A stretch of DNA of 64,000 nucleotides from Podarcis vaucheri (lineage: Eukaryota), in the NCBI GenBank assembly GCA_965113315.1, contig OZ220365.1, one strand, 5' to 3'. Positions 23,566 through 35,633 of the stretch are shown here, piece after piece. Positions within the stretch are counted from its first letter, which is position 1. Each line of letters begins with the position of its first letter. A program made the translations under genes and the position numbers. The notes beneath the pieces were generated by a model that saw only the letters and a program-made list of their open reading frames with translations, ran no database searches and was not told the origin of the DNA.

Positions 23566-26253
23566 ATCCTGAAGAATAAGGAGGCACTAGTACGTGGTGA
23601 ATATTCTGATCTGGAGCAGCAGCAAAAAGAAGTAATGAGTGAGAACAGAAAACTTATGGAGAGAATAAACGAGCTTGAGGAGATGTTGGATGAGTTGAGG
23701 AAACAGAAGTTCCAGTTGGAAGTAGAACTTCCAAAAGCAAAGGCCGATGCAGAGAAAGAAATGAAGAAGCAGCAGACAAAAATGGAGGAGATTTCTCTCC
23801 AGAAAGCCAAGGCTGAGCAAGAAGCAAAGCGCTATCGCATGGAACTAGAAGATGCTCTTAAAGAGAAAGAAGACGCAGAGCAGGAATTGGAGCGTGTGAA
23901 GCAGCTCGCTTTGAAGACTGAGGCTCAGAGAAGTATGGTTGAAGAAAAGTTCAGAGCTTTCAGAATGCAGCTAGAGGAAACTGCTGTGGCTAGAGATGCT
24001 CTTGAAGATAAGTTAAGAAGGAAGGACACCAATCTTCAAGATTTAGAGCAGCAAAAGAAAGCACTGATGGAGGAGCTGAGGAAGAAGACTGCTGAAGAAG
24101 AGAAGCTTGTGAAACTCATTAAGGAAATGGAACAAGACATGGAGTTTCAAGGTAGCCTGGTGAAAAGCAAGTGCAGAGAAAAGGAAATAACCGAAGTCAG
24201 AAGGCAAATTACTATAATAGGACAAGAAACTCTGTTGCCAACAGGTTCAGACATTTTCAGAGAAAAGCAAGAACTGAAAAACATTGAGGAATTCCAGCAA
24301 CTGGTGGATGAGCTAACATTTGCCAACAAAAAGTCCGAGAAAACCATCAAAGACCTAAAATACGAACTGTGTGAACTTGAACTGCAGAATGCGTCTGCTG
24401 AAGAAAAGGCTCGCTTACTAAAAGAAAAACTGGATGATGCCAATAATTCTCTCAGGCGCCTTAAAGTAGAGCTGGATCAGAAAGAGCTGGTAGAGCAAGG
24501 ATACTTGGAGCAGCTGAAGGAGCTTGACAGGCAGCTGCAGAAAACCACAGGCAAAGCTGAAGAGGTAATGCAAGAAGCCATGGATCTGAAGAAAATAAAT
24601 ATGAAGTATCAAGAAGAGCTGAGGTCACTTCAGAAGGAGAAGGCACTGTTAAAGATGGAGCTGGAAGAGTTGGCTAGGACACACACACACACTGGAATTA
24701 CTATTCAGCAATTGCATTCCCAAATCACTTCTCTTCAGCAAGAAAAAATGGCAGCTGAACAGAGAACTGTTTCAAGCAGAGGGGAAGCAACCAGCCTACA
24801 AGAACAGTTAAAAAAAATGCAGGAACAATTCCTTCAAAAGACAAGAGAAGAAAAAGAAAACCAGCTGAAAATTCAAAGACTGAAAGATGATTTAGCAGAT
24901 AGCAATCACTTAGTGGAAAAGTTAAAACAGAAGGTTGAGGAGCTTTCTAGATGGAACAGCGAGACCAAAATAATGATGACTGAAGTCCGGACCGATTCAG
25001 AGAAGATAATTCTTGAAAGACAAATTATTGACAGAAAAAATGATGAATTAAAAGCCCTGGCTGAAGGTTTCAAAGAGCAACTACGTATCACAAACGAACA
25101 ACTGCACAAACAGATAATACTTGAGCAGGAGCACTTGGATCACATCAAGAGATTAGAAGATGAGCTAATAAAAGCAAAAGAATTAGCCGGTGAATTTAAG
25201 CAGAAATGTGACAGGGACAATGCTTATAACATGAATGCAGAGATGGAAATAAGAAACCTACGTACTCAGATGAGCACATTCACTATGGAAATGAAGATGA
25301 ACGAGCAGAAGGTCCAGCAGCAGCAGTCCCATATTCATGAGCTCAATAGCAAGATGAAGAAGCTGCAAGATGACTTGCATCAGAAGACCATGGAGGAACA
25401 AATGGCACGCCAAAATGTGGCTTTACTTCAGGAAGAATCAATTGCGTTCAAGCATTCTGCGGAAGAGTTTAGGAAGAAATTTGAAAAACTCTTGGAAACT
25501 CACAACATAGCGGAAAATGACATATCTGGTATCAGGATGGAATGCATCACCCTGCAGCAAGAAAACCACATGGCTCAAGACAACATTAGAATGTATAAAC
25601 TTCAAATTGAAGACCTGCAAGACAGACTTCAGAAATCCCGTGAGCAGCTTCAGCAAGGCAAGCATGCAGAAATGGAGTATGTGCAGAAATACCGCAAAAT
25701 GGAAGAAGAATTGCAAGTGCAGAGGCGGACAGTAGAGAACTTGAAGCACCAAATAGACCTGCAGAAAAGAGATCACGGCAATCAGCTGCGTTGGTTTCAG
25801 AATGAGATAAACAAAAGGAACATCCAGTTAGACTTTGGGTGGAAGGGAAATGGGTTTAGTTACTTGGGAGACACCTCCCCAAGAGATTTTGAACATATTA
25901 ACCTCTGTACGACCACATCTCCTTTATTAAGAAGGAGACACCTAAGTGGCTCAAGTTGCAAATCTGAACCGCTGGTTGCACAGAAGTTGCAAACAGTTGC
26001 CACTGATTCATTGCAACGAGAGAAGCCATTCCAGTTGTCCGGAGTAACCCACCAACTGGAAAATGGAATAAGTCAACAGTCCTATGCCGAATATGTTTCC
26101 CAGACAAGCACAGAGTTTGAGATAACGGTTGATAAGAGCAACCCTATCACAAGAATTTCAGAAATAGATAAATTGAGAGACGGCAAACTCCTCAGTTCCA
26201 GGCTTGAAGAGAGTTATGAAGTGGGCTTAGGGAAGCGCCTGCATCCATTGGAG
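23566..26253 (+). CDS. DST: BPAG1e/BP230-specific coiled-coil rod exon (896 codons)
   Basis: ggcag|ATC ... GAG|gtaca; heptad-rich E/K/Q/L sequence that follows the remembered human BPAG1e rod through ...SQTSTE...NPITR...PLE. Confidence 0.95.
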
Positions 26254-27355
26254 GTACATGGCACATTTGATGGCGTTTGATATTGCTTGGGTGGTGTTGT
26301 TACAACTTTCTGTTCTCCTGTAATCTTCATTGCTTTTCTGTTCTATTTCTATGTTTTCATCTTATCTGATATCGTACACTTTCTTAACATCTGGCATGCA
26401 TTAATCCGCATTATAACCCCAAGACTTTTGTGCAGATGCAGAAGTTGCTTGCATGTGTGGAAGCAAAAATTTCACCCACCAACACCCACCAAAAGGTTCC
26501 CCATTTGTTTAAAAGAGGGAGCCCTACATACCAAAGAGCACACTTCTCTGCAAAATGGTGTTTGCCGGATAAAAGCAGCAGGCAGAATGATGTGTCTTTA
26601 CACCATTCTCTGCCCACAGTTGTCCCCACACCCTATGATTTCAACAAGACATGAGGTGGAGGCAAAAAGTGCACTTCTAACCTTAAAAGCTCCCCATCCA
26701 ACTGCCAAATGATTTTTTGTGGCCTACAGAAGTCCAAGATCTCTCTTAAGTATTGTACTGCACATACAACAGGCCTGGCTTCGTAGAATGAAAAAAGAAA
26801 TTCACAAATCCAAGTTGTTCACATCCGCATTAGATTTTTTAAAGTGGCACTTGGAGCAAGAAGGTGCAGTCTCTTATTTCTCCCAAAGGAGCGACCCTGC
26901 TCAGGGTTCTCTCAGCAGTTCCCTCCAAACTGGCCATTCCTGTGTTTTGTTTTTCTTTCCCAGCTGCACTCTGTATTCCATAGCTACTGAGCATGCTCTG
27001 AGCATTGTCTCCTTTGAGGGTTTGTTTGGTTTTGCCCCCTTAGGTTTTAATATATAGTGCTTCTGTGAATCTTGGGGATTTCCTGCCTTCATTCACCACC
27101 TGAGTTTGCAATTAGAAGGGTGATGATATTGCTAAGAGATAGTTTCTCTTTTTACACTTTGCTGTCATTCCATCCCACTTTCCTTCTCAAACCAAATTCC
27201 ATATTGCCAGGGTTAATAAAGTTTGCTGATTCTTAGTGTTTGCTGTTCAGATTCTGCATCTCTCCCCCTCTCCCTGTTTATGGGCTAGATTAATAACTTG
27301 ATGCTATTTTCTAAGTACAGTATCCTTCATTATGTCAAACAATTCCTATTTACAG

Positions 27356-29146
27356 AATCTCCAAAATGAAGATTTATCAAAGATCAGTGCCATCTTAGAG
27401 GAAAAGCAAGCCAAGGAGGTTGCTCTGATCCCCTCTGAATATGATAATATCAAATTTCAAGGTCTCCGGCATGATGTAACTGCCAAGCAGTTGATTGAAG
27501 TTAAACTTCTAGACCTGAGCACAGCTGAACAGCTTCATTCAGGAAAGAAGGCCATTGCTGAGGTTCAAAAAAATCTCGAGAATTTTTTGACTAAGCCTAC
27601 TGCAATAGCTGGGTTGTATATTGAATCTAGTAAAGGGAAGGTCTCATTTGCTTCTGCAGCTAAGCAGAGAATAATTGAAAAAGCATCTGTGTTAGCACTG
27701 CTTGAAGCCCAGGCCGCCACTGGTTTTATCATTGACCCCACAGCAGGTCAGAAATACTCTGTTGATGATTCAGTTGCCAAGGGACTTGTAGATCATGAAT
27801 ACAAAAGCAGGCTTCTTGAGGCAGAAAAGGCAGTTTTAGGATATCTATTTTCTGGGAAAAAGCTGTCTGTTTATCAAGCAATTGAAACCAGAATCCTTGA
27901 AAGGCAGAAAGGCAAAAGTTTTATTGAAGCTCAGATAGCAAGTGGGGGTATTATTGACCCTGTGAGAAGTGTCCGTGTGCGTCCTGAAGTTGCGGTCCAG
28001 CTGGGCTTGCTGAACAACACCGTTCTGAAATTTATATATGAACATTCCAGTAATAAAAAAGTCTTCCAGAACCCAAATAATAGGCAAGCCATGTATTATA
28101 ATGATTTGCTGAAGCTGTGTTTACTTGATATCGGAAGCAAATGCTTCCTGCTCCCTGTTGGGGAGAGAAAAATAACCACCCCATCTGCTGAAAAAATTCA
28201 TAAAATATCAGTGGTAGATATTACAACTGGAGCAGAAATGACCTCCTATGAGGCTTATAAAAAGTCCCTGATAGACAAAAGTACCTACCTCCAGCTGTCA
28301 GGGCAAGAATTTCAGTGGAAAGAATCCACATGCTTTGATCACCATGGAAATTCTTACCTTGTGCTGACAGACCTAAAAACTGGAATGCAGTTCAACATTG
28401 ACGAGGCATTAACTGATGGCAAAGTTGATAGAATGCTGGTCAGTCAATACAAGGAAGGGCAAATCACAGCCAGCGAGCTTGCGGATGTTTTGTTGAGCAA
28501 TTCTAAACCACGCACAGATGTCAACAGCCCCATTGCTGGTGTCTGGCTGCCCGAGACAAATGAGAGAATGCCTCTTCTGAAAGCTGCTCGCAAAAACCTA
28601 GTGGAGAGAACCACAGCGCTGAGGTGCCTTGAAGCACAAGCAAGTACAGGAGGTATAATTGATCCCTTTACTGGGAAGAGATATAGTGTGGCAGAGGCCT
28701 TGCAAAGGGAGCTGATTGATGAGGCGTCTGCTAAGCACGTCCAGCAGTGTGAACTGGTCTTTACTGGGATTATTCACCCTGTAACAAAGAGTGTTCTGTC
28801 AGCCGTTGAAGCAATGAACACAAATGTCCTAGAGAAAGAAATGGGCACTCGCTGCCTAGAATATCAACATCTGACTGGTGGATTGATAGATCCCAAGTCT
28901 CATTGCAGATTATCGATGGAAGAAGCTATTAAAAGGGGCATTATTGATGCCGTCACTGCTACAAAGATGAAAAATGACAAATTCTACTTAAAAGGTATTA
29001 CGTGTCCCAAGACAAAGAAGAAATTGACGTATAAAGAAGCCCTTGATAATGCAGTTTTTGACTGCCACACAGGGCTACGATTGCTAGAAGCAGCTGAGCT
29101 CATTTCCTCAGGAATTTCTAGTCTGTATTTTTCCTCACAGTCATAA
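27356..29146 (+). CDS. DST: BPAG1e terminal exon: two plectin-repeat domains (B, C) with linker, ends GISSLYFSSQS*
   Basis: tacag|AAT in frame with the rod exon; plectin-repeat motifs LLEAQAATGFIIDP, LEAQASTGGIIDP, LEYQHLTGGLIDP; TAA at 29144-29146. Confidence 0.95.
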   Translation, partial: NLQNEDLSKISAILEEKQAKEVALIPSEYDNIKFQGLRHDVTAKQLIEVKLLDLSTAEQLHSGKKAIAEVQKNLENFLTKPTAIAGLYIESSKGKVSFASAAKQRIIEKASVLALLEAQAATGFIIDPTAGQKYSVDDSVAKGLVDHEYKSRLLEAEKAVLGYLFSGKKLSVYQAIETRILERQKGKSFIEAQIASGGIIDPVRSVRVRPEVAVQLGLLNNTVLKFIYEHSSNKKVFQNPNNRQAMYYNDLLKLCLLDIGSKCFLLPVGERKITTPSAEKIHKISVVDITTGAEMTSYEAYKKSLIDKSTYLQLSGQEFQWKESTCFDHHGNSYLVLTDLKTGMQFNIDEALTDGKVDRMLVSQYKEGQITASELADVLLSNSKPRTDVNSPIAGVWLPETNERMPLLKAARKNLVERTTALRCLEAQASTGGIIDPFTGKRYSVAEALQRELIDEASAKHVQQCELVFTGIIHPVTKSVLSAVEAMNTNVLEKEMGTRCLEYQHLTGGLIDPKSHCRLSMEEAIKRGIIDAVTATKMKNDKFYLKGITCPKTKKKLTYKEALDNAVFDCHTGLRLLEAAELISSGISSLYFSSQS

Positions 29147-30300
29147 TTTAACAATGGAAGTTATTAAATTGGCCTGCAGTAATTTAAACCATCTGGCTCA
29201 TGGAAATGATTCCCTATGATTTAATTGGGTTGTAAAATAGGGTTCCTGGCTGATTTCTTAGCAGAACAAAGCATTTTGAGTTTGCTTATGTATAGTTTTC
29301 AGTGTACAGTAGATTTAACGTTGCTCCATGCTTGTAATTATGATGCACAATTTGATAAGAGTTAAGCACTTCTATGCCCCATTGATTTTGGTGGAAATTT
29401 AAGCTAATGCTTTAGTTCTCCTTGAAATCATTAGGACCTGAATGTACTTAAAACTATCCCTGAATTGTTCCTCTATGTTGTATAAATGGCATTAGCAGCT
29501 TGCTAACTGGGATCACTGTGGTAGCAATGTGTTGCAGAGTTGTTGTTTTTGCCATTCCAGCTGCTCTTGGGAAATTTTCAGAAGTGAAACAATATGCCCT
29601 GTTGCATTTATATCAGTGTATGATGCAATACTATCCTGCAAATATATATATAAAAATCTAGAGTTGGAAGGGACCACAAGTGTCATCTAGTCGAACCCCC
29701 TGCAATGCAGGAATATTTTGCCCAACGCGGGGCTCAGACCCATGACCCTGAGGTTAAGAGTCTCATGCTCCACTGACTGCGCTATCTCCATTGATTCCGC
29801 CAAAGTTAAACAGGGAGCTAAGTATGTAAACCCTCCCATTGAAGTCAATGGCACTTGAATATTTGTGTAGAACTTAATATGCAATATCATAAATAGATTT
29901 GACAGGATGCTTGCTTGCCGGTGCAAAGTTTACTGTGGTGTGGGTTCTGTCATAAAGACTGGATATTCTTCTAATGGCATGTTTACATGGAAGCAAGCCT
30001 CTCTGTGTTAGGTGGCGGTTACGCCTTTGTAACAGCACAGTGCTCCCCATGTCTACTCAGAAGAAAGTCCTCCTGAATTTAATGGGTTGTAGTCCTTAAG
30101 TGGGGATAGTATTGCAGCCCAAGTTCCATGGAGATAAGATTCTCAGTGACACTGGAAATTTCAGAGAAAATGATAGACTTCTGTTACATGATTATTATTT
30201 TTCTGGTTTTCCTTCTACTACATAATTCTTTACATTAAAAAAAACAACCATATTAAACTTAAACCTGAAATCGACAATAAAGTTGGCTACAAAATTAGTA
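29147..30300 (+). other. DST: BPAG1e 3'UTR with candidate intronic polyadenylation signal (AATAAA 30276-30281; alternatives near 30690 and 30719)
   Basis: Follows the stop codon of the isoform-specific terminal exon; exact cleavage site cannot be determined from sequence. Confidence 0.55.
29656..29786 (-). mobile_element. tRNA-Lys(CTT)-derived SINE with CR1-like 3' tail, in the BPAG1e 3'UTR
   Basis: Reverse complement TAGCGCAGTCAGTGGAGCATGAGACTCTTAACCTCAGGGTCATGGGTCTGAGCCCCGCGTTGGGC resembles tRNA-Lys; tail TTCCTGCATTGCAGGGGGTT.GACTAGATGAC is shared with the CR1 end near 46976. Confidence 0.85.
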
Positions 30301-30826
30301 ATTTTCCTTCTCAGGAGAAACATGTAAGATGCTATATTAATTGCACAGGATTGAAGTATGTTACTGAATTTCATTGTCTTCTTCAACAACATGATAATCT
30401 AGAACTGGGTGTACATCTAATGCAAAGGCTGAGATTTAGAGTGTTTTTCCTGGCAAACCCTTGCTTAGATTTGACTTGTGCAGTGGTGGCTGGGAGGTTT
30501 CTGTAATGTGAGTTCCATCATCTATGTATATGAATGTGTTTATATGTATCATAATGGCTATCTTAGTTTTTTCAGATGTTTTGAATTAATTACTTCAATT
30601 ACTTTTTTTATTATTGTTTACCTTTTTTTTAAAAAAAAGCATGCATAAGAATGACTGTGGTAATGGGGATAAAAAAGAAAGAAAGTAAAAATAAAGCTCA
30701 TTATCTGGCATCTTCCACAATAAAATTTTTGACGGTGTAACTGTTTTTCGGGTTGGCTGTAACCTTAATATACCTACAATTTTAAATATATATATATATA
30801 TATTTGCAATGCTCATTGTTCATCAG

Positions 30827-30961
30827 AAGTCAGTGGAAGAGGAGAAGAAAGAACACGTCGAAAAAGCTGGGGACTTACTGAAATGGGTTTCAAACATCAC
30901 CAAGAGCCTCGGCAAAGGCGGAGGAGAAAAGTCTGAAAAAGCAGATTCTCCTAAGAAACAG
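30827..30961 (+). CDS. DST: BPAG1a/b exon ([45 protein letters not shown])
   Basis: cag|AAG ... CAG|gtatt; 135 bp; resembles remembered human [24 protein letters not shown]. Confidence 0.93.
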
Positions 30962-33900
30962 GTATTAAAACACTGCTTGAGAATAGATGCTGCCAGATGC
31001 ATGACACAGTGTTGTTTTGTCTTTAAAGTGCCAAATGTGGCACAAGAACATTTCATTGTATTCAGCTTACATTTTACTGAAAGAAAACCCGTTGAACTTC
31101 CTGGACCTAAGTCAGTCACGCCTATTGATATCAATGGGTCTGCTCAGAGTAGGGCTGGCACTGGATACAACCTTCACTTTAAAGTGCTTAAGAACAAATA
31201 TAATTTACATACTAGTGTTTTTATTTAAATTCACCAGACTACATAACTGATACATGGGTGTTTTTTCCTGAAAGACTACATTCAAGACAAAAAGGAGAAA
31301 CAGTGTTTGGACAATAATATTCCCTACTTATGATGGGAAATGATAATACCTTCATTCCTTTCCCACCAGCTGTTTCTGGCTAGTCCTCTGGATGTTAATA
31401 TGGAGGTATAATTTTTTTATAAGTTACAGGAGTTGTCAACCTTTGAGGCCCATTCAGAATTCACAGAGTGTGTACCATGGGTATGATCCATTTGGTTTTT
31501 TAATCTCTTCCAGGTCAGCACATGCTAACCCCCCCGCTAAGTTCTTTTACATGGGTTCTAGGTAAAAGTTTGTCTGGTAGAATAGAAACAATCCTCTTGA
31601 ATTTGCATGAGTTTACATGGGATGCTGCCCACAAAAACCTATTAGATGAAAGCTTACAGAAATAGACTATATTAAAAATCACAAATCTGGCGTTTGCTAA
31701 TATCACAGAAATCTGGATCCAAAGCACCGCTCTTCATATATTTTCACAGTTTTTACAGAGGATCATAGCAAAACTATCAGAGTAGACGAAGAGGTGGCAC
31801 ACGATTTAGTGATGGTTTTACAGGGATCTCCTGCAGTTGGCAGCCACAAAGCTCTGTTGTTCGCATCCATCGCAAATGGCACCAGATCCATGATTTTCAT
31901 GGTTTAGTCAATGGCAACAGATGTGACATGTGATTTGATGGTGGTTAGGTAGGAGAAATTTAAAAACCGTTTGGAAGGGATCATTCCCCCCTTCCTGACT
32001 CCTGTAGGCTCCCCACTTTCTCCCACTGGCCACTCCCATTTTCTTACTTTCAGCCATCCCCGTTTCCCACCTAATCAGGTGCTGAATTGAGCCTGTAGAA
32101 CTAACAGAGGAAATGGAAAAGAGAATGACTTATTGTTTCCTCCTTCAACTCCACTGATGTTTCAAGAGGTGACCTCATGATGAAGGGGGCAGTGAGACAG
32201 GGTGTGTATCAGATTCTTCATGGGGACAAGGGGGCATTCTCAAGGCCACTACTACCTTGGAAACTCCAGGGACTTCATAAAACCCAATGATTATAGGCCC
32301 AAATCACATTGCTTCCCCCAATTTATTAGGGAGTATCAATCACACAATTTAAGTTTATTATATTTACCCCCCACACCCCATTTCCAAATGTCACACTGTA
32401 TTCAAATAAGGGGTGGGGGTGGGGGGCATATTGGAGGCTGAGTAGGAACCTGAAATCTCACATCCGCCAAGAGTTAATGTCCGAACCAAACCCTTGAAAT
32501 CTGCAGTCAGCCCTGTACCAGCAAGTAATTTGAAGAACTTAAATGATACAATATTTTACTGGTCCCATTGCATGATACCAAGAAACTCTTCAGTCTTTCA
32601 TACTTGTGTTGTGCCTAATATAACTGGAAATGCATGTGTCCACATGCATATTAAACACATGGAGAAAATGCTACACATGACATTACTCAGCGTAGTTTGT
32701 CCTTGAGTGCAAGCTGCTGCTTCCAAAAAGTGCCAGGACTATCGGTGGGCAATCTAGATCTGGAACCCAGGCTGTGGGTGGCGTTTAACCTGTTGCCCCT
32801 CCTATGTTCCTGATCTTGGGGGACCCCCAGTATGTGGAATTTGCATTGGAGGAAAAGATCTCCCATTGTTACAGACAGATGTTCCCCCCCTCTGCAAATT
32901 GTAGACACGTGGTGAGATCCAAATCAGGGTCCCAGCATGAGACAAAGGGTTAAAGACTGCCCCTCCCCCCCTATCCACCTCACCACGATCCCATTCTGAA
33001 TTGGGCTTCCTGTCCTGGCAATTTGTGAAAGAAAAAGCTTGCAGACGAGTACAAACTGCCTGGGAAATTGACACGGAAATTGACACGTATCTTTTGGTGC
33101 ATTTAATTGTATGATTTCCAGAGAAAATTAGCACCAAACAACGAAACACTTTTATATTTTCATTAGAAAAACCCTTGCTTGCAGTTTTTTATAGATACAA
33201 AAAAGCCACTTACTGAAATCCGCCTCATCGTCATAATGTACAGTTACCAAGAAGCAGTTTTAAACCACTGGGTTTGCATTCCCTCTTCACCATGAGGTTA
33301 AAATGGGCCACCTGTATCACATGGCAATCTTTTTCTTTCTGTCTAGTTTCTGTAAATTGTGGCTTACCTAGTATGCTAAATAGCATTTGTAAGGGGAGTA
33401 TCTTGAATATCTGTATCCATCGTAGTATATAGTAGCTCCAAGGTGCAGAGATTGTGTGCACCAGCAGAACATTTTCACGTGACTTCTGTGAGCAGTTATT
33501 GGGTGGTGCTCACAATGAGTAAGATTTCCTTCTTCCAGTACTCAGAACAATTTTGGAACTATTATAACAAGGTGACTGTTGCATTTTAATTTAGTATATG
33601 AAAGCATGGTTCCATGCCCTGTATCCATATACTATGCACCCCATGTAGGACTTTCAAAAAAGAAATATGAAATAGACTAGACCAGAATTGATCTGATTAG
33701 TTTCACTTCTGTCAGTTCTATGGGATAAGAGAAAGCAGGGGTACACTTAAGAATTGGGAACCCTCATGGTTGAAAAATGGGTTGTGTGTGTATAAGGCTC
33801 ATCCACATTTTCAGCTCTGGTTAGAGTTGGCAAGCTATAACTTTTTCCTTGATATATGGAGAGTTGCATTTAATATTGTTTGAGAACTCCTGGTTTGGAA

Positions 33901-34931
33901 ATACTTGAGAATAAAAGATCAGTATCTTGTGTAACTATACCATTCACACAAAATCCACAAAGGAAGTTAAGTGAGGTAGTTGATTTCACTTATTAAAATA
34001 CTGAAAACCATAGCTTGGAAATTGCCTAGACATCTTTGGTTGCAAGACATCCTGCGAGGGAGTAATGTCAGACCTTTTGACTTCATGTATCAAGGCTGTT
34101 CTTAATCTAGTAGTTGATTATTTACAAACCGTCTAAAGCAACTTGGTAAGCATTTGGTCCTCCCATATGTTCCTAACTACAACCTCCAGTATCCCTGGCC
34201 ATTATCCATTCCTACTGGAGCTGATGGGAGTTGCAGTTCAGCAACATCTGGTCAGAAACAAAGACTAGAACAGTTTAGACAAAAGTTTTGAAGAAGGTCA
34301 CCTAACAAATATTTTTAGTAGTGTCTGTATTTATACCTGTCCGTATTTATACCTCAAATTAATTATGGTTCTCATGTTCCCAGTAATCTATAAACACAAC
34401 CTTAATGTTTCATAACCAAGCATGTCTTTATGCCTCATTAATAAGGGACAAGTTGGCTAAAAATGGATTTGCAATATAGGCTATTGCTGTTATTAAAGAT
34501 ACATTGGGTTGTACCTGATGCTGCTGTCACACGTGCTCAAAAGACTTCCCGTCATACAATAGGCTATTTTGTGTTTTTATCTTGTATTTTCATACTGTGA
34601 ACTGTCCTGAGATCTATGGATGAAGGGTGGTATGCAAAAGAATAAATAGACTTGCCACCCCCTCTCCCCTGCAACTCCCTGTGCACCCTCAAAATCTGTT
34701 TCAGAGGGTTGGGGGAACATGCAAGGTGAGGAAAGGGAAGTCTCCTTGCACAAGCAGAACACTGTTCATACATCGCTGGATACCACCCATTATGCCCTTG
34801 ATAATGTTCCTGAAATGCTCACTCCTTTCTCAACTTTTTGCTTTACCTTTTATGTTCATTTCTTACCCCCACCCCCTTTTTTATTTTATTTCTAGAATGC
34901 AGTTGTGAACATATTTTCCTCCTTTTTCCAG

Positions 34932-35020
34932 ATATCTTCTGACGAACTGTTAACCAAGAAAGAACAGATATCAGAAGCTTTGCAAACAACACAGACGTTT
35001 TTAGCGAAACATGGTGATAA
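34932..35020 (+). CDS. DST: BPAG1a/b exon ([29 protein letters not shown])
   Basis: cag|ATA ... AA|gtagg; phase 0/2. Confidence 0.93.
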
Positions 35021-35497
35021 GTAGGTTCATTGTGATTATTGCATTTTAAAATTAGTCGTGCCCTTTCAGAATTTGTGTTGAGGACGAGTTTCAGCCATTC
35101 TATATATAAAATCAGTTGCAGGCAACAGATGTCCTCTAGTTTCAGGAGTTCTTATATGAAATCTGAAACAATGGGGTGTGGGTGGGTACTGCCCCTTCTA
35201 CATTATATATGGCACCTCACTTAATTCAACTAAAGCAGAATGTTTGCATTAATTAATGGTGGTACTAATAATTGCACAGCTTGTTAGCAATGTATCCCTG
35301 GGAATAACTGCCCATATGACTTGCCACCACTGCCAAGTTATCAGCTTACAAAGCAAACCTTTTCTCCAGATCTGCTAGAACAGGTCTTCATAGCACGATG
35401 TTGAATTCCACCCTATATGTTTATTACTTGAGAGAACAACTAATGTTTAGAAATTGCTAGCACTTCCATCCACATCTTCTATTCCCCCTCCCAAAAG

Positions 35498-35633
35498 AAT
35501 GACAGATGAAGAGAAAAATGAAATGGAAAACCACGTGAGGTCCCTGCAAGAAGGTTATAAACTGTTGTCCAATGAAGATTTGAAGCAGTTGCAGCAGGAA
35601 CAAGATTCAGATAATGAAAACATGGATGAAAAG
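35498..35633 (+). CDS. DST: BPAG1a/b exon (MTDEEKNEMENHVRSLQEGYKLLSNEDLKQLQQEQDSDNENMDEK)
   Basis: aaaag|A ... AAG|gtagt; phase 2/0. Confidence 0.9.

Noticed and set aside
29715-29786. tRNA-Lys(CTT)-like sequence on the - strand as a tRNA gene
   Set aside because: The 5' acceptor strand is missing, the T-loop/B-box is mutated (GGTCTGAGCC) and it is fused to a CR1 tail, so it is a SINE head.
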